Shown here: positions 10,473 through 21,240 of the stretch, one piece after another
How the letters are laid out: each line of letters starts with the position of its first letter
Position numbering within the stretch: position 1 is the first letter of the stretch
Source of the DNA: Escherichia coli
GTDB lineage: Bacteria > Pseudomonadota > Gammaproteobacteria > Enterobacterales > Enterobacteriaceae
Length of the DNA stretch: 40,339 bases
Direction: 5' to 3' (one strand)
Assembly (NCBI RefSeq): GCF_003334815.1
Contig: NZ_QOWO01000034.1
Notes under the pieces: generated by a model
The model's database searches: none
The model's input: only the letters and a program-made list of their open reading frames with translations
What the model was told of the DNA's origin: nothing
Program-made: the position numbers and the translations under genes

Positions 10473-11213
10473 ATGTTAATTAATCGCAATATTGTGGCGT
10501 TATTTGCGTTGCCTTTTATGGCAAGCGCAACTGCTTCTGAATTATCCATTGGTGCTGGTGCGGCTTATAATGAATCGCCTAATCGCGGTTATAATGAAAA
10601 TACGAAGGCAATTCCGCTGATTAGTTATGAAGGTGATACTTTTTATGTTCGTCAGACCACGTTAGGTTTTATTCTGTCGCAAAGTGAAAAAAATGAACTT
10701 AGCCTGACCGCATCCTGGATGCCGCTGGAATTTGACCCTACCGATAATGACGATTATGCCATGCAACAGCTTGATAAGCGTGATAGTACGGCTATGGCGG
10801 GGGTTGCCTGGTATCACCACGAGCGTTGGGGAACCGTGAAAGCCTCTGCAGCTGCGGACGTTCTGGATAACAGCAACGGCTGGGTGGGGGAGCTATCGGT
10901 ATTCCACAAAATGCAGATAGGTCGTCTGTCGCTGACACCTGCGCTGGGCGTTCTCTATTATGACGAGAATTTCAGTGACTATTACTATGGCATTTCAGAG
11001 AGTGAGTCCCGTCGTAGCGGTCTGGCAAGTTATTCCGCGCAGGATGCCTGGGTGCCCTATGTCAGCCTGACGGCAAAATACCCGATAGGAGAGCACGTCG
11101 TATTGATGGCGAGCGCAGGATACAGCGAGCTGCCGGAAGAGATTACCGACAGCCCGATGATTGATCGTAATGAGAGTTTTACCTTTGTCACCGGGGTGAG
11201 CTGGCGTTTTTAA
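10473..11213 (+). CDS. yiaT: MipA/OmpV-family outer-membrane protein YiaT, 246 aa
   Basis: Signal peptide MLINRNIVALFALPFMASATA, alternating beta-strand pattern and C-terminal aromatic residue (…GVSWRF). Confidence 0.85.
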   Translation: MLINRNIVALFALPFMASATASELSIGAGAAYNESPNRGYNENTKAIPLISYEGDTFYVRQTTLGFILSQSEKNELSLTASWMPLEFDPTDNDDYAMQQLDKRDSTAMAGVAWYHHERWGTVKASAAADVLDNSNGWVGELSVFHKMQIGRLSLTPALGVLYYDENFSDYYYGISESESRRSGLASYSAQDAWVPYVSLTAKYPIGEHVVLMASAGYSELPEEITDSPMIDRNESFTFVTGVSWRF

Positions 11214-11559
11214 TTCACCGGTGGATGTCGGTGCGGCTGGTGCTCCGTCGTAATGCCACAAAGGTTGTTGCTCTGGATTGCTCTGTTCATACCGGGAACC
11301 TGGCGTCTGAATCAGGATCTTATGGCTGAACAATCCCTTGCCTTCAAATGTCGTAAATGGCGCATCGGCGGGCAGCAACAGGTTATGCAGTGACTCGACG
11401 TTGTCGGCCTGCTCCATGCAATACGGTTTAATGACGTTGGCTATTTCCGGCAGATTTTTCAGAAACATACTGGTTTAACGCCAGCAGCGTGGAAGCGGCG
11501 TTACAGCAAGGAACATATCAATTCGTAGTGCCGGGGCGATGAAGCCCCGGCGTGAGGGA

Positions 11560-12255
11560 TTACTGCCCGTAATAGGCATTGGCCCCATGCTTACGCAGGT
11601 AGTGCTTATCCAGCAGTTCGTTTTGCATCGCAGGGAGCTGCGGCGCAAGCTGGCGCGAGAATAGACCCATATAGGCGCATTCTTCGAGTACTACGGCGTT
11701 ATGCACGGCATCGGCGGCGTTTTTACCCCATGCGAACGGGCCGTGAGAATGCACCAGCACCGCCGGGATTTGTGCCGGACTCCTGCCACGTTCTTCGAAG
11801 GTTTCAATGATCACTTCGCCGGTCTGATATTCATATTCGCCGTTAATCTCCTCTGCGGTCATCTGTCGCGTGCAGGGGATGGCACCGTAAAAATAATCGG
11901 CGTGGGTGGTGCCCCAGGCGGGGAGATCCAGCCCGGCCTGTGACCAGATGGTGGCGTGGCGCGAGTGGGTATGCACAATACCGCCAATTTCGGCATAGCG
12001 ACGGTAGAGCGCCAGATGCGTTGGTGTATCGGAAGAGGGTTTTTTGCTGCCTTCCACCACCTTACCGCTGGCTATCTCAACCACCACCATATCGTCGGCG
12101 GTCATCACGTCGTACTCGACGCCGGAAGGTTTGATTACCATCCATTGCCGCGTTTCGTCTACCGCGCTGACATTGCCCCAGGTGAACGTCACCAGATGGT
12201 GAGCGGGAAGCGCCAGATTCGCCGCCAGCACGTCGGCTTTCAGTTGCTCTAACAT
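11560..12255 (-). CDS. sgbE: L-ribulose-5-phosphate 4-epimerase SgbE, 231 aa
   Basis: Class II aldolase/epimerase fold (AraD/UlaF paralog): [33 protein letters not shown]... It overlaps sgbU by 7 nt. Confidence 0.9.
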
Positions 12256-13109
12256 ATAAATCCAGCCTCCTGCATACGCGCTTCAATCCAACGCCGCGCC
12301 TGAATAATCTCCAGCACCGGCTCTTTGGCTTTTTCGGTCCACATCTCAATCAGGAAAGAACCGCGATAGTTCAGTTTATGCAGCGTTTTGAAGATGCCAA
12401 CGAAATCGACGCAGCCTTCGCCAAACGGCACGTCGCGGAACTGTCCGGGACTTTGCCCGGTGACTGGCTGGGTGTCTTTCAGGTGGATCGCGGCGATACG
12501 GTCAATGCCCAGTTTCAGTTCGGCGGGAACATCATTGCCCCAGGCGCTGAGGTTGCCGACGTCCGGGTAGACGGTGAACCACGGTGAGGCGAGCATCTCG
12601 TCCCATTTTTTCCATTTGCTGATGGAGTTCATAAACGCGGTATCCATAATCTCCACCGCCAGCATTACTTGTGATGCCGCCGCCTGTTCGACTGCCCACG
12701 CCAGCCCTTCAGCAAAACGTTGCCGGGTGCCTTCGTCGTGGTCTTCGTAATAGACGTCATAACCTGCCAGCTGGATGGTGCGAATGCCGAGATCGCGCGC
12801 CAGGCGAATCGCTTTACTCATGATTTCCCGCGCCCGTTCGCGCACTGCCTCGTCACGGCTACCAAAGGGAAAGCGACGATGTGCGGACAGGCACATCGAC
12901 GGGATCCCAACACCTGTTTCGATCATCGCGGCAACCAGCGAAGTCCTTTGTGCGGCGCTCCAGTCAAGACGTGAGAGCCGTTCGTCGGTTTCATCCACCG
13001 ACATTTCGACAAAATCAAAACCGCAGCTTTTTGCCAGCACCAGCCGCTCCGGCCAGGAGAGATCTTTCGCCAGCGCTTTTTCATAAATCCCTAACGGATG
13101 ATTACGCAC
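12249..13109 (-). CDS. sgbU: L-xylulose-5-phosphate 3-epimerase SgbU (286 aa), GTG start
   Basis: TIM-barrel sugar-phosphate epimerase (UlaE paralog). The true start is the GTG whose complement is 13107-13109 ([14 protein letters not shown]...), with GGAGG 6 nt upstream (complement of 13116-13120). The ORF-track start at 13199 is over-extended. Confidence 0.85.
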   Translation of the reverse strand: MRNHPLGIYEKALAKDLSWPERLVLAKSCGFDFVEMSVDETDERLSRLDWSAAQRTSLVAAMIETGVGIPSMCLSAHRRFPFGSRDEAVRERAREIMSKAIRLARDLGIRTIQLAGYDVYYEDHDEGTRQRFAEGLAWAVEQAAASQVMLAVEIMDTAFMNSISKWKKWDEMLASPWFTVYPDVGNLSAWGNDVPAELKLGIDRIAAIHLKDTQPVTGQSPGQFRDVPFGEGCVDFVGIFKTLHKLNYRGSFLIEMWTEKAKEPVLEIIQARRWIEARMQEAGFIC

Positions 13110-13764
13110 GCGCACCTCCCCAGATAGCGTCGATTTGCGCATGGAAATCGCCAGCCACTTGCGCCGGATTTGCCGCGCCTGCCAGTGCCCGCCCGGCAAT
13201 AAACGCTTTCACGCGGATATCTTTAAACAGCGGCAGGTCAGCAGGGGTAATCCCGCCAGTAATGGAAAGCTCAAGGCCGATATCTGAAAGCGCCTTCATG
13301 CGTGCCAGATCGGCTTCGCCCCACTGTTGCCCGCTGGCCTGTGCATCACGACCGCGATGATAAATGGCCTGCCGCACGCCAATACGATGCCAGTCGCGGG
13401 CGTCGTCCAGCGTCCAGTTACCGAACAGCTCTATCTGAATTTCACCCCCGCAGCGTTGTGCCATTGCGTGGCCTTTTTCTACCGTCGCGAGCGGCGCGGC
13501 GCAGATGATGGTCATCCAGTTAGCGCCTGCGCCAAACGCCTGTTGCGCGAGCGTTTCACCAGCGTCGGCGACCTTCCAGTCAGCAACGATGATTTTGTCC
13601 GGGCACTGTTCGCGCAAGGCTTTCACCGCGCCAAGCCCTTCGTTTAAACAGAGAATGGTGCCCGCTTCGACGATATCGACGCTGTCTTTTAACAGCGTCA
13701 CGTCGCGCTGCGCGGCTTCAAGTGATGAGTGGTCGAGGGCCAGTTGCAGAAGTGGTCGGCTCAT
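13102..13764 (-). CDS. sgbH: 3-keto-L-gulonate-6-phosphate decarboxylase SgbH, 220 aa
   Basis: OMP-decarboxylase-like fold (UlaD paralog): [22 protein letters not shown]... It overlaps sgbU by 8 nt and lyxK by 4 nt. Confidence 0.9.
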   Translation of the reverse strand: MSRPLLQLALDHSSLEAAQRDVTLLKDSVDIVEAGTILCLNEGLGAVKALREQCPDKIIVADWKVADAGETLAQQAFGAGANWMTIICAAPLATVEKGHAMAQRCGGEIQIELFGNWTLDDARDWHRIGVRQAIYHRGRDAQASGQQWGEADLARMKALSDIGLELSITGGITPADLPLFKDIRVKAFIAGRALAGAANPAQVAGDFHAQIDAIWGGARA

Positions 13765-15257
13765 AATGTGTGCTCCTTAATGCGGGCGTGAAAGCCCTGA
13801 AGTGCGGCAATGAGATGCTGATAACGTTGATATTTTTTTTGGTAAAGCTGATGGGCGGTCATATCTGGCAGCAGGGTGCGCACCGGGTGTCGCAAGTCAC
13901 GTTGGGCTTCGCTGAAGTTGTGATAAACCCCGGTGCCGACGCGGGCGGCAAGGGCCGCACCAAAGCAGCCGGTTTCTTCCACCTGCGGCAGCTCGATACG
14001 CAGACCGCTGACGTCCGCCAGCATTTGCATCCAGACATCGGAGTGCGCCGGGCCGCCAGTGACGCGTAGGGTGTGAACATCAGTAAAACGTTCGCGCATT
14101 CGGTTGAGGTGGGTCATATGGCTGAACACCACCCCTTCATAGATGGCCTGCAACAGGTGCGCGCGGGTGTGAATGGCCTGCATCCCGTAGAAACCACTGG
14201 TCATCTCGAGTCCGGCGTTGCTGCCGTACAGGAACGGCAGGAAAAAGAGATCGCCCCCAGCCTTCGGCAAGCTGGCAACGGCCTGATTGATCTCATCAAA
14301 CGAGATTTCTCCCCACTGTGCGGTAAACCATTCGAGGTTGCCGGAAGAGGTAGGGCTGGCTTCGTGAACGATAAATTCACCATCGTTAACGTAGCGACCA
14401 TAGACATACGGATGCGCTTCACCGTCACGTAAACCGCGGGTTATGCCGCTGGTCACCGCCCAGGTCCCCATCACCGCATTGAGGGTAAATTCGTCTTCGA
14501 TCCCGGCGCAGAGTGCGGTGGAAACCACATCAAACAGGCCGCCAACAACGGGCGTACCCGCTTTCAGACCGGTCAGGGCGGCTGTCTGAGCGGTGATCTC
14601 CCCGCAGATTTCGGCAGATCCGACAACAGGCGGCAGGGCGTGATTGATTTCAGCGATCCCCAGCCAGTCGGTGAGGCACGGGTCATATTCCCCAAGACTC
14701 ATGTTGTAGAGGTTGGACTCGGAAATATTGCTCTCTTCACAGCCTTTGACGCCAGTTAAACACCAGCGCAGGTAGTCGTGCGTCATCATCACGCAGCCAA
14801 TTTGCGCGTAGCGTTCTGGTTCGTGCTCTTTCAGCCAGCGTAACAGCGACACCGGATGCCCGGTCCACAAGGTTTGTCGGGTCAGCGGGTAGAGTTTTTC
14901 CGGGATGCCATCTTCCTGCCAGCGACGAACGATTTCCATCGCCCGGCGGTCCGAGGACAAAATAGCATTCCCGAGCGGTTTGTCGTTTTTATCCAGCAAA
15001 AACAAGCCCTTTCCCTGTGCGGAGATGCCGATACCGACAATTTGTTCCCCGCTAACACCAGAATGAGTAAGCAGGGCGCGAATGACAGCCATGCAGCATT
15101 GCCACAGTTCTGCCATATCGCGCTCTGCCCAGCCTGGCTGCGGGCTTAATGCGCACAGCGGCAGGCGCTGCACGCCTGCCTCCCGGCCTTCGCGGTCATA
15201 CAGCCCGGCTTTCAGCCAGCTACCGCCACAATCTAACCCCAGCCAGTATTGCGTCAT
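13761..15257 (-). CDS. lyxK: L-xylulose/3-keto-L-gulonate kinase LyxK, 498 aa
   Basis: FGGY carbohydrate-kinase family: MTQYWLGLDCGGSWLKAGLYD... Confidence 0.9.
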   Translation of the reverse strand: MTQYWLGLDCGGSWLKAGLYDREGREAGVQRLPLCALSPQPGWAERDMAELWQCCMAVIRALLTHSGVSGEQIVGIGISAQGKGLFLLDKNDKPLGNAILSSDRRAMEIVRRWQEDGIPEKLYPLTRQTLWTGHPVSLLRWLKEHEPERYAQIGCVMMTHDYLRWCLTGVKGCEESNISESNLYNMSLGEYDPCLTDWLGIAEINHALPPVVGSAEICGEITAQTAALTGLKAGTPVVGGLFDVVSTALCAGIEDEFTLNAVMGTWAVTSGITRGLRDGEAHPYVYGRYVNDGEFIVHEASPTSSGNLEWFTAQWGEISFDEINQAVASLPKAGGDLFFLPFLYGSNAGLEMTSGFYGMQAIHTRAHLLQAIYEGVVFSHMTHLNRMRERFTDVHTLRVTGGPAHSDVWMQMLADVSGLRIELPQVEETGCFGAALAARVGTGVYHNFSEAQRDLRHPVRTLLPDMTAHQLYQKKYQRYQHLIAALQGFHARIKEHTL

Positions 15258-15260
15258 GGT

Positions 15261-16247
15261 TTATTGCACCTCATCCACGGCTTTCAGCAGATCAGCTCCC
15301 TGCGGCACATCTTTAACAAACATGTCGCGAACCTGATTCCCCAGTGCGTCGCTAAAGGCTTTGCGGTCGAGATCGGTGATGACTTCCACGCCCGCTTCTT
15401 TCATGCCGTCGATGATTTTTTGCTGATCTTCAGCAACCAGTTTGCGCTGATAGTTACCCGCTTCTTGTGCAGATGAAACTAGCGCCTGCTGGAACTCCGG
15501 ACTTAAGCCATCAAACTTCGCTTTGTTGATCACCACCAGAAGCGGGGAATAGGCGTGGTGCGTCAGAGAAAGGAACTTCTGCACTTCGAAAAATTTTGCT
15601 GACCAGACGACGTTGATCGGGTGTTCCTGAGCGTCGATAGTGCGGGTTTCCAGCCCGGTATAGACTTCGGCAAACGGCATCGGGATCGGGTTAGCGCCAA
15701 AGACTTTGAATGCGGCGATATTCATCGGGCTATTGTTGGTGCGGATTTTCAGCCCTTTCAGGTCGGCGGGGGTTTTAACCGGTGCGCGCGAGTTGGTGAC
15801 ATCGCGCCAGCCGTTTTCCCAGTAGGCCAGTACTTTCAGTCCTTTACCTTCAAGTGAGGCTTTCAGATCATCACCGACTTTGCCGTCGAGCGTTTTATGC
15901 GCGTGAGCGGTATCGCGGAACAGGAAAGGGACATCAAGCAAGTTCATCACTGGTGATAACCCGGCAAAGTTATTCGAGCCGGACATTTCCATATCGATGG
16001 TGCCGCCACGTACGCCGCTGATCATCGCCTGCGCGTTACCGAGAGTGCTGTCCGGGAACAGTTTTAATTTCAGCTCGCCTTTGGTTCTCTCCTGCAATAA
16101 ATCATTGAATTTTTTCGCCGCAATATGTTGCGAGTCGGTTTGTGATGTTTCATAACCGAAACGTAAAGATTGTGCCGCCAGAGAAGATGTGCTGAATGCA
16201 GCCAGGCCAGCAATGAATAATGCGTAGGTTACAGAGCGTAATTTCAT
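15261..16247 (-). CDS. yiaO: TRAP transporter periplasmic solute-binding protein YiaO (DctP family), 328 aa
   Basis: Signal peptide MKLRSVTYALFIAGLAAFSTSSLAA plus DctP-family body. Confidence 0.9.
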   Translation of the reverse strand: MKLRSVTYALFIAGLAAFSTSSLAAQSLRFGYETSQTDSQHIAAKKFNDLLQERTKGELKLKLFPDSTLGNAQAMISGVRGGTIDMEMSGSNNFAGLSPVMNLLDVPFLFRDTAHAHKTLDGKVGDDLKASLEGKGLKVLAYWENGWRDVTNSRAPVKTPADLKGLKIRTNNSPMNIAAFKVFGANPIPMPFAEVYTGLETRTIDAQEHPINVVWSAKFFEVQKFLSLTHHAYSPLLVVINKAKFDGLSPEFQQALVSSAQEAGNYQRKLVAEDQQKIIDGMKEAGVEVITDLDRKAFSDALGNQVRDMFVKDVPQGADLLKAVDEVQ

Positions 16248-16259
16248 AATATTTTCCTT

Positions 16260-17537
16260 TTAATTAATCCATTTCAAAGGGAGGATGATGAGATCGGGAA
16301 TAAAAACAAATACGACTAATAATGAATATAAAACCAGGACGTAAGGGAAAACGCCTCTGACTGCATCATCGAATTTGAGTTTTGCCACCCCTGAAATAAC
16401 GTTAAGTACATTACCGATAGGCGGTGTAATTAAGCCGATTGAGCAGTTAATGATAAACATGACACCGAAATAAATCGGATCGATTCCTGCCTCTTTAACT
16501 AAAGGCATTAATACCGGGGTAAGAATTAATACCGTCGGCGTTAAATCCATGACCATGCCGACAATCAGGATAGCCACCATAATGACGATAAACAGCAGAC
16601 GCGGTGAATCGACCAACGGTTGCAGTAAATCAGAAACCATCATCGGCAGTTCAGCAATGGTAATCAGCCAGGCGGAAACTTGTGCCGAGGCCACCAGAAA
16701 CATAACCACTGAGGTGGTTTTCGCCGCGCCAATGAGTACATGCCAAAGTGTGGCGAAGGTCATTTCACGGTAAATAACTGTGGCGACAAACAGCGCATAG
16801 AAAGCAGCAACGGCCCCGGCTTCGGTAGGGGTAAACAGACCGGAGCGAAACCCGCCAATAATGATGACTGGAAGAAACAGCGCCCAGATACCGGAGACAA
16901 AAGAGTGCCAGATTTCCTGCATCGTTGCTTTTTGCTGGCGGGGTAAATTAAGGCGACTGGCCTGCCACCACCAGGTAAGCATCAGCGTTGCGCCCATCAT
17001 CATGCCAGGGGCAATGCCCGCCATAAACAGCTTACTGATGGATAATCCGCTGGAAACGCCGAAGATAATAAACGGAATGGAAGGGGGAATAATTGGCGCG
17101 ATAATGCCGCCAGAGGCAATCAGCCCCGCCGCCCGGTTGACCGGATAGTTGGCGCTGCGCATCATCGGCACCAGTAGAGCGGCAACGGCGGCGGTATCCG
17201 CAACGGCAGAACCAGAAAGGCTCGCCATAATCATAGCTGCCAGCACGCCGACGTAGCCCAGCCCGCCTGGTTTATGCCCCACCAGTTTCATCGGCAGGTC
17301 AACAATGCGTTTTGACAAGCCGCCCGCATTCATGATTTCACCCGCCAGCACAAAGAACGGAATCGCCAGCAGGGAGAAGCTATCGGCTCCGTTCACCAGC
17401 GTTTGTGCCATGATCTGGACATCAAACATGTCCAGCCAGAACATTAACGCCGCCCCGCACAACAACAGTGCCCAGGCAATAGGCAAACCGATAGCAATAC
17501 CACCCAACAGACAGCCCAGAAAAATCAGCACAGCCAT
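16260..17537 (-). CDS. yiaN: TRAP transporter large permease YiaN (DctM family), 425 aa
   Basis: Polytopic membrane protein of 425 aa, DctM-like. Confidence 0.9.
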   Translation of the reverse strand: MAVLIFLGCLLGGIAIGLPIAWALLLCGAALMFWLDMFDVQIMAQTLVNGADSFSLLAIPFFVLAGEIMNAGGLSKRIVDLPMKLVGHKPGGLGYVGVLAAMIMASLSGSAVADTAAVAALLVPMMRSANYPVNRAAGLIASGGIIAPIIPPSIPFIIFGVSSGLSISKLFMAGIAPGMMMGATLMLTWWWQASRLNLPRQQKATMQEIWHSFVSGIWALFLPVIIIGGFRSGLFTPTEAGAVAAFYALFVATVIYREMTFATLWHVLIGAAKTTSVVMFLVASAQVSAWLITIAELPMMVSDLLQPLVDSPRLLFIVIMVAILIVGMVMDLTPTVLILTPVLMPLVKEAGIDPIYFGVMFIINCSIGLITPPIGNVLNVISGVAKLKFDDAVRGVFPYVLVLYSLLVVFVFIPDLIILPLKWIN

Positions 17538-17539
17538 GA

Positions 17540-18013
17540 TTAAGCTCCTTGCGGTGGCGACGTTAGAGAATTGCTACGCGTGATGAGTTGATATAAATGA
17601 CGCAGTTCAAAGAATGCGATAACGAGGCTGGTGGGCAGACAAGCGGCATACATCAGGCCGATGGGTAAACCGAGGATCGGTGAATAATCGCTCCAGTCCT
17701 GAATTGTTTTTAGCGTTGCGCCCCAGGCCAGTGCGCCACAAATAAATAAGATTAAGGAATGGGTAACCAGAGCGACTCGTCGCTGCCATGCGGGGGAGAG
17801 TTTCTCCACCAGAAAGGTGACCTGAACGTGGGCGTTATCCATAAAAGCTACAATCGCGCCAATAAACGTTAACCAGACAAATAAATAACGTGACAATTCA
17901 TCAACAGATAAAATGCTTGTCTGAAAACCATATCTTAAAATAATGTTTATAAATACAATACAGGAAAGTACGGCGAGATTAATCGCCAGTATTGCTTCGA
18001 GTATTTTTTTCAT
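17540..18013 (-). CDS. yiaM: TRAP transporter small permease YiaM (DctQ family), 157 aa
   Basis: Four-TM small subunit. 2-nt gap to yiaN. Confidence 0.9.
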
Positions 18014-18130
18014 AGCTATTCCTTGAGGCTATGTCTGTCATAATTCAAGTCGCATGTGCAGCAACCTGAATTATTAATATAGTTAGAGCAATAACATTAC
18101 CCAGGCGTTCTGGCGTAGACGATTATTCGA

Positions 18131-18601
<471 letters not shown>

Positions 18602-18609
18602 TTATCTCC

Positions 18610-19608
18610 TCATAACGCCTGGATTTTGGCCCACACGCTGTCATCAACAGTGATGCCGTTACGGCGGTTTTCGGCCAGCAGGGTAGTAAATTCATGGCCG
18701 GGTAAGCGAATGGCCTGATTTTCGTCAGCACGCTCGGCACTAGTAACGTAATCCATGATGCGTTGCAGCTTGGCATCGCGGGTGGGACCGTCGATAAGCT
18801 TGTCCACTTCAATGGCAATAAAAATTTGTGAAATGCCGTATTCGTCGCTGTTGTCCTGGGTGACTTCGGCAACGGATGCGCCGTCGGAAAGGAGAGTAGC
18901 GATCATATCCAGCACAATCGACATGCCAGAACCTTTCCAGTAGCCCATCGGCAAAATGCGGCGATTCTTCTCGATAACGCCAGGTTCTTTGGTCAAATTG
19001 CCCTCATCATCAAAGCCACCATCGACCGGGAGCTGACGACCTGCCAGACGGTTAACTTCTAACATGCCGTAAGAGAACATCGACATCGACATATCGACCA
19101 TGGTGATCGGCGTGGAAGGAATGGCGACGATCAGCGGGTTAGTGCCGATGCGACACTCTTTTGCGCCCCACGGCGGCATTACGGCGATGGAGTTGGTCCA
19201 GCAAATGCCAATATAGCCTTTTTCCGCCGCCTGCCAGCCGTAGCTGCCGCCGCGCATCCAGTGGTTGGCATTACGTAGTGCCACCAGACCAATACCGTGA
19301 TCGGCAGCCAGTTCAATGGCGCGATCCATCATCTTTTTCGCTGTCAGGTTACCGATCGAACGCTGGGCGTCCCACTGTTCAATTGCGCCGAGGCTGGTTA
19401 TACGTTTGGGTTGGGCATCAGGAATGATATCGCCGTTTTCCAGTTGTTGAATGAAACGAGGGAAACGATTAACGCCGTGAGAATAAACGCCGGATTCGGT
19501 GGTGCGGGCGAACATCTCTGCACAGGCGTCAGCCGTTTCGCTGTCAACGCCGCGTGAAATTAAGACCCGATTAAAGGCTGCTTTTAACTGCTCAAATGTC
19601 ACTTTCAT
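18610..19608 (-). CDS. yiaK: 2,3-diketo-L-gulonate reductase YiaK (Ldh2/malate-lactate dehydrogenase family), 332 aa
   Basis: [22 protein letters not shown]... First gene of the operon. Confidence 0.9.
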
Positions 19609-19808
19609 CCCAGGCTTCCTTGTTTTTTTGATCGCTTTTTTGGCTTAAAATTTCAATATGCGAAACTTGATTTCAAATATATCGATCACTTTTTAACAAA
19701 GCAATCTGATTGATGAATTTCAAAAGACATAAAAATCAATTGGTTATAAATTATCTGTCGAGATCGTGAACTACGGCACACTTTGCGCTACCATCAGGAC
19801 GCGACAAA
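19609..19808. promoter_or_regulatory. Divergent yiaK / yiaJ control region. It holds three TTTCAA(A/T)AT repeats (19641, 19661, 19708), the palindrome GAAACTTGATTTC (19652-19664) and a CRP-like site cGTGAactacgGCACA (19746-19761).
   Basis: Motifs read directly. The yiaK operon is known to be repressed by YiaJ (IclR family) and activated by cAMP-CRP. Site assignments are inferred. Confidence 0.45.
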
Positions 19809-20657
19809 ATGGGGAAAGAAGTGATGGGAAAAAAAGAGAACGAGATGGCGCAGGAAAAAGAGCGTCCAGCCGGAAGCCAGAGTCTGTTTCGCGGGTTGAT
19901 GCTGATTGAGATTTTGAGCAACTATCCAAACGGTTGTCCGTTGGCGCATCTTTCGGAGCTGGCTGGTTTAAATAAGAGTACCGTCCATCGCTTATTGCAG
20001 GGATTACAGTCCTGCGGCTATGTGACCACCGCGCCTGCCGCAGGGAGTTATCGCCTGACCACCAAATTTATTGCCGTCGGGCAGAAGGCGCTGTCTTCGC
20101 TGAATATCATTCATATCGCCGCTCCGCATCTTGAGGCACTGAACATCGCCACTGGTGAAACCATTAACTTCTCCAGCCGCGAAGACGATCACGCTATTTT
20201 GATTTATAAGCTGGAACCCACAACCGGGATGCTGCGAACCCGTGCCTATATTGGCCAGCATATGCCGCTCTACTGTTCCGCAATGGGCAAGATCTACATG
20301 GCGTTTGGTCACCCGGACTACGTGAAGTCATACTGGGAAAGCCATCAGCATGAGATCCAGCCGTTAACCCGCAATACCATTACCGAGCTGCCCGCGATGT
20401 TCGACGAACTGGCGCACATTCGTGAAAGCGGAGCGGCGATGGACAGAGAAGAAAACGAACTCGGCGTCTCCTGTATTGCTGTTCCGGTGTTTGATATTCA
20501 TGGGCGGGTGCCGTACGCCGTGTCGATTTCGCTTTCGACATCACGTCTGAAACAGGTGGGAGAGAAAAATCTCCTGAAACCACTGCGTGAAACCGCGCAG
20601 GCTATTTCTAATGAACTGGGATTTACTGTCAGGGATGACCTGGGCGCGATCACATAA
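19809..20657 (+). CDS. yiaJ: IclR-family repressor YiaJ, 282 aa
   Basis: N-terminal IclR HTH (LFRGLMLIEILSNYPNGCPLAHLSELAGLNKSTVHRLLQGL) and C-terminal effector domain. Confidence 0.9.
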   Translation: MGKEVMGKKENEMAQEKERPAGSQSLFRGLMLIEILSNYPNGCPLAHLSELAGLNKSTVHRLLQGLQSCGYVTTAPAAGSYRLTTKFIAVGQKALSSLNIIHIAAPHLEALNIATGETINFSSREDDHAILIYKLEPTTGMLRTRAYIGQHMPLYCSAMGKIYMAFGHPDYVKSYWESHQHEIQPLTRNTITELPAMFDELAHIRESGAAMDREENELGVSCIAVPVFDIHGRVPYAVSISLSTSRLKQVGEKNLLKPLRETAQAISNELGFTVRDDLGAIT

Positions 20658-20758
20658 CGCTTTGGACAAGTGCCAAAACTTTAACATTTCCTTCGTTGGA
20701 TCAAAGCAGTAGGGACGCGCTCTCTGGCACTCTGCTGTTTTAGTGCAAAGGAGTGATC

Positions 20759-21232
20759 ATGAACCGGTTTATTATTGCGGATGCGACGAAATGTATCGGT
20801 TGCCGTACCTGTGAAGTGGCTTGCGCAGTGTCGCATCATGAGAATCAGGATTGCGCTGCGTTGTCACCAGACGAGTTTATTTCCCGTATTCGTGTCATTA
20901 AAGACCACTGCTGGACCACGGCAGTAGCCTGTCATCAGTGTGAAGATGCACCGTGCGCGAATGTCTGCCCTGTTGACGCGATAAGCCGCGAACATGGGCA
21001 TATTTTCGTTGAACAAACACGTTGCATTGGCTGTAAAAGCTGTATGCTGGCTTGCCCGTTTGGTGCGATGGAGGTCGTTTCTTCGCGCAAAAAGGCGAGG
21101 GCGATTAAGTGCGATCTGTGCTGGCATCGGGAGACGGGACCGGCCTGTGTTGAAGCCTGCCCGACAAAGGCGTTGCAGTGCATGGATGTCGAGAAAGTGC
21201 AGCGGCATCGGCTACGGCAGCAGCCTGTTTGA
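20759..21232 (+). CDS. ysaA: Ferredoxin-like protein YsaA with four [4Fe-4S] cluster motifs (HycB/NrfC-like), 157 aa
   Basis: Four Cys clusters: CIGCRTCEVAC, CHQCEDAPCANVCP, CIGCKSCMLACP, CDLCWHRETGPACVEACP. ATG at 20759 (MNRFIIADATK...) preceded by AGGAG. The ORF track began at the GTG at 20753. Confidence 0.85.
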   Translation: MNRFIIADATKCIGCRTCEVACAVSHHENQDCAALSPDEFISRIRVIKDHCWTTAVACHQCEDAPCANVCPVDAISREHGHIFVEQTRCIGCKSCMLACPFGAMEVVSSRKKARAIKCDLCWHRETGPACVEACPTKALQCMDVEKVQRHRLRQQPV

Positions 21233-21240
21233 AACGTTTT

